A stretch of DNA of 64,000 nucleotides, from assembly GCA_021613535.1 (NCBI GenBank), contig CP075492.1:18042001-18106000 (forward strand). The letters run 5' to 3'. The stretch is from Adineta vaga. Its lineage: Eukaryota; Animalia; Rotifera. The translations under genes were made by a program, and so were the position numbers. Below the pieces are notes generated by a model. The model was given only the letters and a program-made list of their open reading frames with translations, was not told where the DNA came from and ran no database searches. Shown here one piece after another: positions 51,051-61,228 of this stretch (its first letter is position 1; each line of letters begins with the position of its first letter).

Positions 51051-51122
51051 GTGAAGGTGTGAGTATAAGTGGATATGAGTATATCATAATTATTGACTCA
51101 AACCCACACCCACATTCTCATA
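51051..51122. repeat. Telomeric-repeat hairpin H20
   Basis: GTGAAGGTGTGAG...GTATATCATAATTATTGACTCAAA-CCCACACCCACATTCTCA. Confidence 0.75.
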
Positions 51123-51618
51123 TAGTGAAAGAAAATAAAATAATGACTATTGACGTAAACAAGTTAGTATTGGATTTTAAGACATCAAATACAACACCAT
51201 TAACATGTTAATACTTATAAACATTTTGCTAAATTAGAAACACAAACAAAACAGATTAATATCTTTTCTTCAATATCATACATCCCATGTTTCCATTGCC
51301 GAACCTCGTCCAGCACCACCACGAAGACGTTCGGTTGAATAATTATCACGAGGTTTTATTCTTCTGATTCATAGAAAGAATTAATATTATATTATTAAGC
51401 TCGTGTGTATATGTCTTACTACATATATACATATATTTGAGTAAGATTAACTACCGATTTAGAAGCGTATTTCGAGCTTTTCAGAGAGAACAAAAATCAA
51501 TAATGATGACAAAATAAATTCTTTTTTATATTTTCTAAAATATGCAAAATAACACACATTTATCTTAAATAGTCATATAAAATTGTTTAATTTTGTCCAA
51601 ACTGCATTAGTTTGTCCA

Positions 51619-52980
51619 TCAACCAAGAACTTGTTTCAAGGAAACAATTGCTGCTTTGATATCTTCCGAGTGTTTATTGTTGCATGCTTGTACTAACTCA
51701 CCGAGTAAAAATCGCACTGCAAAGAATTTCAGCTTATTTTCACTTAAATCAACACCATTACAAACATGATATTCTTGCCAGAAAGTATTATAAAGTAAAT
51801 TTATATTATCTTCATGAATACCGGATTTTCGACACAGTGTAACAAATCGTTCTCCGAAACTAGCTATGTCTCTTTCTGGTGTACCAATGGGTTTACCCTT
51901 AGAATCCATAGAAGAATGTAATGACTGCGTATCTATGAAGGTAACACCTGCTGTTGAATCCCAAAACAAGTTGCCAGGATGTGCATCTCCATGAACAATT
52001 GCTGCATAACTATGTTCATTTTGACATTCTGCTATCAATTGCTCTAGTTGTAACTGAACTTTGTTGATATTTAATTGGACAATATCTTGATGATGTGTGT
52101 ATTCTTTGTCTAACACCAATGTTAGATGTCGTGTTCTATTAATCGAAGAGATCAAGTAACTTTTTAAAGCTGAATCACGGGAATCACAAGGTTGTCTATG
52201 TAATTGTGCAAAAGCACGTGCTGTCTCAGTCACTGCCTTCAGTAATTGACTGAACACATTATCTCTTTCGTTAATTGTCATCATTTCTCTCATTGAATCA
52301 ATCAGATCAGCGATTGATTGTCCTCGCGCTATTTCCGAGACTAAAACACCGACATAATTAGTATTAACTTTGATTTTAGCTGCAGCTAATGGAGCAGGAA
52401 TTTTAAAATGAGTGAACTCTGGCTCACGAAGTCGAGACAAAGATGAAAGTTCTCGAACGAGCTCTTCATTTTTGGGAAATATCTTACAAACTGCAACTAT
52501 TGTATCAGATATATCATGGACGAAGTAGATTGTTGCCTCTGATCGACCTCTTGCTCCACCACCTGCATTTTTTACTAATTTGATCTGTATTCCACCGCAA
52601 GCAACTTTTGTGAACTCGACTAGAGCTTCTTCAGTATTAGCAATTTCTTCGAGTTTGTCTAAAAGTAATTTATTTCCGAATGGATCTACTGATCCATCTG
52701 CTGTTCTACATTTGATTGCCATACTAAATAAGTCATCGGACCAACCTAAAATGAAAATTCTTTAATAATTACACAAAACATCTATATAATTACCAATATT
52801 TGATTCATATGTTATCTCGCAATTGTTTGAGAAGAGTTCCACTCTATTGCTAGTCGTTGTTTGTACCACAGATATTGTTTCCGATAATCTCAATGACGAT
52901 ATTGTGTTAGAAGTGGTACGAAGTTTATAACTGTCACTTGTCAATTGAGCATCAAGCAAACAATTATTTTCTGTATTCAT
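51619..52980 (-). CDS. APH/choline-kinase-fold phosphotransferase (exons 52980-52794, 52745-51619)
   Basis: VAVCKIF, Brenner motif VHGDAHPGN, FID and PERDIA; a 48-nt phase-1 intron joins the ORFs in frame. Confidence 0.82.
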
Positions 52981-53009
52981 CCGGATGGTTAATTACAGTA
53001 AAATAGTAT

Positions 53010-53054
53010 AAATTAAAATTAAAATTAAAATTAAAATTAAAATTAAATTAAATT
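53010..53054. repeat. (AAAATT)n microsatellite
   Basis: Direct reading of about 7 units just upstream of the APH start. Confidence 0.8.
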
Positions 53055-53382
53055 ATGATAAGTATTTCAGTTTTAAAGATTGATTATAATGGAAGGTGAG
53101 CGAAGAAATCATGCGATAAAGCAAGACTTTAAATACGATTTTTTTTGCATCTTCAACAATTTCAAAAACAGGGAAAAATCTCACTTTATGTGATTGTTTG
53201 ACATTGTTTGTATAGTGACTACACGTCTGCTTGGTTTACATTAGCATTTTTGACGCATTTTGACTTCTTTCAGATCAATAATCATCTACACTTTCGTGGA
53301 GAGAACGAGAAAAAAACACGACAAGTAATCGTTAAAGCAGTTGGATTAAACCCATCGATAATACCATAGAAATATATACTTA

Positions 53383-53570
53383 GATCTTGAGGGTATGGAT
53401 GGATGCGGTTTAGCAATCGAACGAATAAGATTATTTTATATATTGAACTAAAGAAAAAAAGTTTAACTGTTATGTGTTGTGCATATAATGATTTATTTGT
53501 AACTGATAAGACAAGAAGAGGGTGGGTGTTGGTGTAGATGAAGAGAAATGTATTAGCCACACCCTCACCC
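53383..53570. repeat. Telomeric-repeat half element (53383) and hairpin H21 (53518-53570)
   Basis: ATCTTGAGGGTATGGATGG; GAGGGTGGGTGTTGGTGT...CCACACCCTCACCC. Confidence 0.75.
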
Positions 53571-54110
53571 AAAAAGAATAAAACAGAAGATAAATACTAT
53601 TATTTATATTATCAATTACTTTTTATATCTCCAGGTGAATCACAAGTGTACGTGTTAACGCTGTTGTGTAGAATAGATAAACGCGAAATTCACCGTAGTT
53701 ACTTTCGCCAATGATAAAGTCAGACTTTTGTCAATTTCGAAATTTCAACTATTTGAAAGCGTTAATACATAATAAAACCAATTTTGGATATTGGTGAAAG
53801 TCTCAATGTATAAAATGATTTTGATAATATCATTAAATTGTGAAATCGCCTCGCACTCTATTCATTATGAATTAAAAGAAATCTTTTTGTTCAATCAACA
53901 AAAATTTAGTATATTAAAAATAGATATGAAGTCAAAGTATCATTGAAAGATCAAAGAAATCTAACTAGATAGAAATAAATGTTTAAGAATGTATTTATGA
54001 AGTATTTGATTGATGATCATGAGCTGGTTCATATCAATGCTACCTATAAGCGAAAAGTATATATTAACTAAAATTGTATGATAAAAATAACAATTGCTTA
54101 ACTTACCGAT

Positions 54111-54323
54111 CTATTTTCTACCAGGATATGGACCTCCATGTCTCCAATCTTCGCGTTTTTCGGCTTCGAGTTTTCGCTGGCGAAGAAAGTTGAGAACATC
54201 TCGTCGTTTGGCTTCGAAACTATCATCGCTCATGCTCAAGTCATCAGCATATCGATTGGCCATCGTAAAACTGGCCATGAATAATAAGAGTGCGAAAATT
54301 GCAATAACGATTTTAACTTGCAT
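54111..54323 (-). CDS. Secreted peptide precursor (neuropeptide-like)
   Basis: Signal peptide, acidic spacer, KRR and KR sites, terminal EDWRHGGPYP-GRK amidation signal; TATAAATA at 54398-54391. Confidence 0.75.
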   Translation of the reverse strand: MQVKIVIAIFALLLFMASFTMANRYADDLSMSDDSFEAKRRDVLNFLRQRKLEAEKREDWRHGGPYPGRK

Positions 54324-54517
54324 GATTTGATATGTATACACGAGTTTTGTATTAAAGACTACAAATGATATTCTCTAAACTGTGCCTTCGTATTTATACT
54401 TTTTTCATATGAGAAGAGAAAAAGTACTTATAACAAGAATATTTGCGTTGTTCGAAATCACTGAGGTATGTTAAATCCAATCATCCATGCGTTTCAACGT
54501 AATAGAACAAAAATATG

Positions 54518-54783
54518 ATATGGTGTAGTTTCAGCGAAAAAAACAGCGAAAGTTAAATAAATGCGAAAAGAGTGCGAAAGGCAAAACGTGAAAAACTCAA
54601 TTTTTACTTAGTAAATTGTTAGAAATTGTGGATGTGTATCAATATGAATGAGAGTATGGATAAAATTGAAAATGTATAAAAAAATCTTGAGGGTATAGCT
54701 GAGCGTGTGAATCTTTCTTGATACATTACTTTTTATTCAATATTTTGATGGAAATAAATTTGTTCGCTGAAACAACTCCATAT
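54518..54783. mobile_element. MITE with ~21-bp TIRs containing a hairpin half element
   Basis: ATATGGTGTAGTTTCAGCGAA / TTCGCTGAAACAACTCCATAT; internal ATCTTGAGGGTAT at 54684. Confidence 0.65.
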
Positions 54784-55359
54784 TCAAAAATATTAATAAA
54801 AAATTTCTATCAATTTGCGACTGCGTTTACAAACAATGCCTTTTCCATTAGGATAATTTCATAACGGAGTAATTAGAGGGGAATGGGTGCGAATATTATT
54901 TTTAGATTTCACACAATCACACTTAATATTATTATTTTATACAGTCCAGTAGTCACGTACATTCTTATAAACATAAAATATCACAGTATTCGCTCGCGCT
55001 CGTCTTTTTTATTATTTTGAAAAGTCAGATATTCAACACTCTCGATGTAATAAGTAAAGCTATTAAAAACATTGTGTGATACCGACTCTACCTACTCTAT
55101 TCAAGAATATTATATTCTTATTACTACTCGTCGTTTTTGTTTTGATCAATATCGATATAATACACGTATATTTAACAGAACGAAAGAAAAAAGTTTAACA
55201 ATTATGAACATGACAAAAACTAACGGAAAAACGAACGAAAAAAGGAAAAGAAAAACTGCATATATATGTTCATGTAGAAAGAACGAGAAAAAGAATAACG
55301 AAAAAAAGAAATACGCGTACATATTTCAAATGATGAGAGGAAAGGAGAAAAACATGTTT

Positions 55360-56170
55360 CATAACTTCTGAGAATTCGCCGTCGCTGATTGGTTCTAATC
55401 CATCATAAAATGATGTTTTTCCTTCTGGTGATAATGTTTGATAGCCATGTGATTCATTTGAATCATGAATTCGAGATTCGTCTTGTGGTGGTTCGAATCC
55501 GATTCATGATTCGGGTTGATATATTGATTCCTCTTGAACATCTAGTTCGTGTTCTATCGTCGCTGGTGTTGGTGATGTTAATAAATTAATTAATTTCATG
55601 TCACGTGCAATTTTTGTGACAGCAAAAACATCATTAATTGCATATTCGGTACATATGATTCTAAATAAAAATCAAGACCACATGACCATTCAGCTAAAGT
55701 TGCTGTCTCATCTAAATATTTCTTTGTATTGAGATTCGATTACAGCTTGTAAATCACATTATTCGAACAATAAAATAATCGAACATAAATATTGAATTTT
55801 CTTTAATAATGGCGACAGATTGATGGTAATTAATTCACTTCTATGATGATAATAATTGCTGGAGCATTTTATCGAATAAATTCTACTTGAATTGTAGCTG
55901 GAATGTGTTTGACTGGATTTCCTTCAGTATTCATCGAAAAGTTATATGCATATTTTGCTTCATCGATTAATTTGTCCACTGTAACTATGTCGTTTTGTGG
56001 CTGGATGAAATAACAGGAATATTCCGGTTGTGAAACTGGTGTTAATTTTCCCTTGTTCACATAATTTTCGTAATTCACGTTCTTTTCCGCTTTCTTTGGT
56101 TTCCATCGTTGAAGTCGATTCAATAATCGTTGATATGGTGCTGTATATCGGTCGTTGTAATATTTTCTTG
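55360..56170 (-). pseudogene. Degraded DEDDy (RNase D-like) 3'-5' exonuclease ORF, probably retroelement-derived
   Basis: ExoI-like FSMNTE...PATIQVEFI...IIIIEV..LP; WSCGLD; ExoIII-like EYAINDVFAVTKI; acidic low-complexity tail; multiple stops and frameshifts. Confidence 0.65.
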
Positions 56171-56237
56171 ATTATGCCGAATATAAATAAAACAAATTTA
56201 AAGAAAAACACGAAGAATAAGAGAAGAAAAAAAAGAA

Positions 56238-56286
56238 GAGTGAGGGTGTGGGTTGGATAAGAATAAGATTTAAACCCATAGCCTCG
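56238..56286. repeat. Telomeric-repeat hairpin H24
   Basis: GAGTGAGGGTGTGGGTTGG...AAACCCATAGCCTC. Confidence 0.7.
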
Positions 56287-56492
56287 ATTTCAGACTTAGG
56301 TCTAAAACAAGATCAATCCAAAGTTTTTTTGGTCCATTAATTACAATTTATTCATTGACGCCAATTATTTACATTTCATTTCAACAAAAAACATCCTCTA
56401 TTAACAATATACGAATATCTGTTAAATTTTATTTATGTTCATTATATTTTATTATTTCAAACGAATGCAAATAAAATATGCCGCATGAAGTT

Positions 56493-59267
56493 TTATTCGG
56501 ATTCTATACCAATGCATATAACAAAACCATTAACATATCCTGGATAAGGATCAACTGATGTAATTTCTGTTTCTTCTTGTGATTTCAATTGTTTAACGCG
56601 CAAATCGTACTCTATATGAAATAATTGAGCAATAAAAGACTGACGATGAAAATTTAACTTATAATAAATATCAGCTATATGATAATAGATTGCACTAACA
56701 ACACAATCAGTATCCAGAGGTAATGCTTTCATTCGCCATAGAGAAAGAGCTATAAATAAATGTTTTAATGCAGCATTATAATTTTTTGTAAATTTAAAAT
56801 ATGTACCAAGGAGAGTATGAGAACGGATAATATTTGTATTTGCAATACCTATAGAAGATGAATTATATAGATGAAGAGCATATTTTAAAGATTTGATTGC
56901 ATTTTTAAATTTACACATCTTTTCATAGACACATGATAGATTTTGATATCGTTGTGGAAGAAGATGATCGTTAGTTGATGAATAATTTATAGATTTTTTA
57001 AAACATTCAATAGATTGATCATATTCTTTCAATGTATAATAAACATGAGCAAGATTTTCAATAGCTTTTGGTAAATAAGAAGAATGTGATGTTAAAATAT
57101 CGATCGCATGCATAAGGTTACTTCGACTAGCTTCTAAAATGGTCAAATCAGTTTTTGAAGAAGATTGCCGATGAAAAATCAATTGAAATGATCCAAGATT
57201 GTAAAATGTTATTCCAATTAATATATGATTGGTAGGTAAATTTTGTTTTCGAATTGAAAGAACATATTCAATATATGAAATACATTGAAGAAAATTATAT
57301 TTCGGAAAAAATATATATACTACTATATACATATAAATGTTTGCAAGAGCTAAACCATTGATTGTCTTTCCATAGATATGTGCTAATTGTTCAAATGTTT
57401 TTCTTGTCATATCATATTGTTCCATATTAATATATAATTGACCAATACGTATATGTGTTTTAATGACTAGTTCCTTATCCTGTCGGCGTGAACATCGAAA
57501 AATCTCAAGAGCATTTTGATAATATTCCATAGCTTGTTTAATCTCATTTCTATTACGATAATAATCACCTAAATTTAGATATGTATAACCTAGATGATAA
57601 TGATTAGAAGGTAATATATTTTTTTGAATATTTAATGCTTTTTCTAAATAATTAACACCAAGACGTAATGCACCAATATTAATATAAGCTAAACCCATAT
57701 CATGATAGATTTCTGCCAGCTTCATTGTTTCACCTTCGACACATTCTAATTCACTTGCTTCATGATAATATTGAAGTGCACGATAAGAATTATGTTTACC
57801 TAAATATGTTACACCAATATTATAAAAAATTTCTGTGCATTCATAAATTGATTTAACAAGTTTAAGAGCATTATAATGATTTTCAAGAGCTTGATCATAT
57901 TCTCCCATTTCTTTTAATACATTTCCAAGAGTACTATAATGAATAAGATGGTCATTTGTATATCTTAACATTAATTGACAATAATCACGTGCTGCTTCAT
58001 ATTCTTCCATTTGATAAAGTACTTGACCAAGATTCTTATCTTCAAATTCTTTTAACATATAGGAAAAAAGAGAATCTTCATTTGGATCAGTAAGATATAT
58101 ATTAACAGACCATCGATCAGATATTTTATCATACATAACATTTTCAACACGAAAAACACATCCCATGGATAAAAGTATTTCAGGCTCATTTTTCATGTTA
58201 CTATAAGTAGAAATATCAGCAAAGATGGCAGATAAAACACGACGATCAAGCATTATTTGAAAAATAACAGCAACAGTTGCTTTTTCTTCACATTTTTGAG
58301 CAAATGCGATCGCAAGTTCTTCATCTGAAGTAGTGGATAAAAATGAATTAATACACACCAATCCACCAATGTTATTTTTTAATAAATCAAGATCATGTGG
58401 AAATATTCCTTGACCACGATAAACTAAAAATTTATTGTGTAGATCCTCCTCTTCCTTATCATCATCTTTATAAACTATTGGATATTGTTCTTGATGAAGT
58501 ATCTTCAATTCATTATGTAATTTAACAATAAAATAACGATATTTAATAATTGAATTCCAATGATGAGAATGTAATGCACTATTAATTGAACGATAAATAA
58601 AAGAATCTTGTGACCACCAATGAATTGTCGAATGTTGATTTTCATTAAGTTCAAATTTGTCAATCTTTTTTAATCCATTTGTATCTTTAATGTATTGAGC
58701 ACGGCATTCATCAATCATTATTTGTCGAATAAAATTTATTGATGGATCAGTATTATGTGAACGTATAAAAGCAGCAAGTATTACTTGAAAACGAAGATGT
58801 TCAGTTTGTTGTTCATCAATATCATCAATTGTATGTAAATGTTTAACAAGAAGATTAAATGGATTTATTAAAATTGTTGTAAAACTTTCTTGTGATTTTA
58901 TATTATAACATAAATGACGAATTAATTTACTTAAATATTTAGATGGACCACAAATAATTGGAGAAGTTTTAATAAATATATTATTAACTAATTGTTTAAT
59001 CGATGAAATTTCATCCAAAATATAAATAAATATAAATTGTTCAAGTTGATAAACAAATGATAAAGCTTGAATACCTTGAAAATCCGAAAGAATAAAATAA
59101 ATTGTTTGTGAAAGACAATTACTAATATAATCAATACAATTATTTATATCAGTAAATATCAACAATTTTGGAAAAGTATCTAATAATTCTTTTTCATATT
59201 GAGTATCTTTTTCAATTTCATTAATATTATATTCATTTATAGAATGAAACCAAACAATAGTTGACAT
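56493..59267 (-). CDS. ADP-ribosyltransferase (R-S-E clade) domain plus TPR repeats
   Basis: VYRGQ, FLSTT and NEPE catalytic motifs followed by about 10 TPRs; likely start MSTIVWF. Confidence 0.88.
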   Translation of the reverse strand: MSTIVWFHSINEYNINEIEKDTQYEKELLDTFPKLLIFTDINNCIDYISNCLSQTIYFILSDFQGIQALSFVYQLEQFIFIYILDEISSIKQLVNNIFIKTSPIICGPSKYLSKLIRHLCYNIKSQESFTTILINPFNLLVKHLHTIDDIDEQQTEHLRFQVILAAFIRSHNTDPSINFIRQIMIDECRAQYIKDTNGLKKIDKFELNENQHSTIHWWSQDSFIYRSINSALHSHHWNSIIKYRYFIVKLHNELKILHQEQYPIVYKDDDKEEEDLHNKFLVYRGQGIFPHDLDLLKNNIGGLVCINSFLSTTSDEELAIAFAQKCEEKATVAVIFQIMLDRRVLSAIFADISTYSNMKNEPEILLSMGCVFRVENVMYDKISDRWSVNIYLTDPNEDSLFSYMLKEFEDKNLGQVLYQMEEYEAARDYCQLMLRYTNDHLIHYSTLGNVLKEMGEYDQALENHYNALKLVKSIYECTEIFYNIGVTYLGKHNSYRALQYYHEASELECVEGETMKLAEIYHDMGLAYINIGALRLGVNYLEKALNIQKNILPSNHYHLGYTYLNLGDYYRNRNEIKQAMEYYQNALEIFRCSRRQDKELVIKTHIRIGQLYINMEQYDMTRKTFEQLAHIYGKTINGLALANIYMYIVVYIFFPKYNFLQCISYIEYVLSIRKQNLPTNHILIGITFYNLGSFQLIFHRQSSSKTDLTILEASRSNLMHAIDILTSHSSYLPKAIENLAHVYYTLKEYDQSIECFKKSINYSSTNDHLLPQRYQNLSCVYEKMCKFKNAIKSLKYALHLYNSSSIGIANTNIIRSHTLLGTYFKFTKNYNAALKHLFIALSLWRMKALPLDTDCVVSAIYYHIADIYYKLNFHRQSFIAQLFHIEYDLRVKQLKSQEETEITSVDPYPGYVNGFVICIGIESE

Positions 59268-59520
59268 TGATATAACACTATAATATTTTTTTTTCAAGAA
59301 ATAATTATACAATCAATTCACCTTTGCCAATAACTACGTCGTTTTTGACATTCTATATATACTTGATTTTATTACGCATAATTACTTTCGCTTAACCGTT
59401 ATTTTGTACATATATAAACAGTAAGAAAAAAATATTGAAACATAAAAATGATCTAAGTGAGAGTATATCGAAATAAAAATCTATTCGTTCTCATTCATTT
59501 ACTTTTATGATGCTGGTTTG

Positions 59521-59834
59521 CAATGGCGTAGCCAGAAGGGGGGAGGACAAATGGATATTTGCCTACTAAACTTTTCGTTCTTTGAGATTTTTATTCTTGT
59601 CGATTTTCTTTCGGCATGCAAATGACGATCTTGAGTTTCTTTATCAAGAATTCAATACGATAATGACACATATTGAGACCTATCTGACTCGATAATAGGT
59701 TAAAGAAATTCGTCTAGGATGTATTCAGTACTAAATTATTCTATTTTATTTTTCTTATGTTTTGCTATTTCTACAATTTTTGTCAAGTTAAACACCTTTT
59801 GCCCATTTGTCTAGAAATTATGGCTACGTCACTT
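59521..59834. mobile_element. hAT-type MITE
   Basis: TIRs CAATGGCGTAGCCA / TGGCTACGTCACTT; subterminal GACAAATGG / CCATTTGTC; TGGTTTG in both flanks (imperfect TSD). Confidence 0.65.
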
Positions 59835-59884
59835 CTATGGTTTGTACATATGAATGAAATAAATATTAGATTTTCAATTGGAAT

Positions 59885-60938
59885 ATGTCTCTAGTGAATA
59901 TTTGATGGTTTCATTATGAAAATGATAACCAATGGATAAGGAATAATCAATCTATCTATAAAAAAAGATTTTATATTTGGATCAATATAGATTTATAATA
60001 GTTTGATTAAAGATGTTACAAATTTAGAAGATGATGAAAAAATTATTCTTATTGCATCAGGATTTTTATGCCGACAGATGTTGTCTGTAGTAATTGATAT
60101 AAAATGAATTATACAAGTTTTTATCGTTGAATAATAAATCTTGTAACAAATATAGAAAGAATACGACGTTTATATTCTCCATCGATTGATTTTCAATGGA
60201 AAAAATTGTCTATTATTCCTTCAATATATATTCAGCTAATGAATATAATATAATAATTCTCGAGTGGTTTAACTACAAGTATCTATTAGCTTCTTCTTCT
60301 TATTCCACTAATTGAAAAAATCATCAATTTCATTGAGGGTTGGATAGGTGTGAGTTTGGTTGTGAGTGAGATTGATAAACAAATATACCGAACCCACCCT
60401 GTTTTGTAGCTTTATAGCTTATTGTGATACCTCATATTGTAAAGAATTGAATAATCTACAATAATATCGAATTAAAACTGTCCAAAAATTCGACATATAC
60501 AAATTATGGATTGTGTACAAACTTCATTTTCGACTCTTACACATGGCGTGCTCAAAGTAAAACAGTCTCAAGTCAGACAAAAATTTTGAATACCTATTCA
60601 GAAAGAGTACAATTTATATGGCTGGAAAAAGAACAGACGTTTTGTGAGAAGACTTTTGCAACAGAGATTAAATATTTATGAATCATAGATTCTCCATCAA
60701 TTGATGTTTATCTAATACGAACAACAATGCAAATAATGCTTTGGAAAATAATCGGATCTGAAAATCATCTTGATAAAAGTTTAAATGATTTAAAACATAT
60801 CGAAAATAATGAAAATATTACTGATAATGATCATTTGTTTGATATATTTGTTATTTATATGGATTTAGGACGATGACAATTATTGGCATTAGAGTGTTTA
60901 GATCGAGCTTTAATTTAATCAGATAATAATCTTCATCG
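59885..60938 (+). pseudogene. Degraded, internally deleted ART-TPR-type paralog
   Basis: MSLVNI*WFH...EKIILIASG...IIQVFIV (N-terminal domain), then after H25 YRIKTVQKFDIYKLWIV and a TPR-like YMDLGR*QLLALECLDRAL; many stops. Confidence 0.55.
60333..60400. repeat. Telomeric-repeat hairpin H25
   Basis: TTGAGGGTTGGATAGGTGTGAG...CCGAACCCACCCT. Confidence 0.7.
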
Positions 60939-60939
60939 A

Positions 60940-61010
60940 ATCTTGAGGGTATGGGTGGGTTAGCAGTAAAAGAAAGACCTTAGCCTTCTTCCACCCACAC
61001 CCATACACCC
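60940..61010. repeat. Telomeric-repeat hairpin H26
   Basis: ATCTTGAGGGTATGGGTGGG...CCACCCACACCCATACACCC. Confidence 0.85.
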
Positions 61011-61228
61011 AAAATCTGTTACTATATTTGAAAGAGAAAATTTTAATCTAAATTTTCGAAAATTAATCTCATGGTGAAATGTAACAATTCAAAAAAAACA
61101 AGAATTATTCGTCTCTCCCATTTCAATTGCATCATTCATATAATAAATATATTAATGAAGTTATTATAGAAGTGTATTTTCTTTCAAATTAAATGATAGA
61201 CCAAAAAAAAGAAAGCAAACAAACAATA

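Noticed and set aside
1618-61010. Hairpins with variable loops as a CRISPR array or true integron
   Set aside because: The copies are dispersed, degenerate and kilobases apart. No cas gene or tyrosine integrase is present, flanking genes lie in both orientations, and the DNA is eukaryotic.
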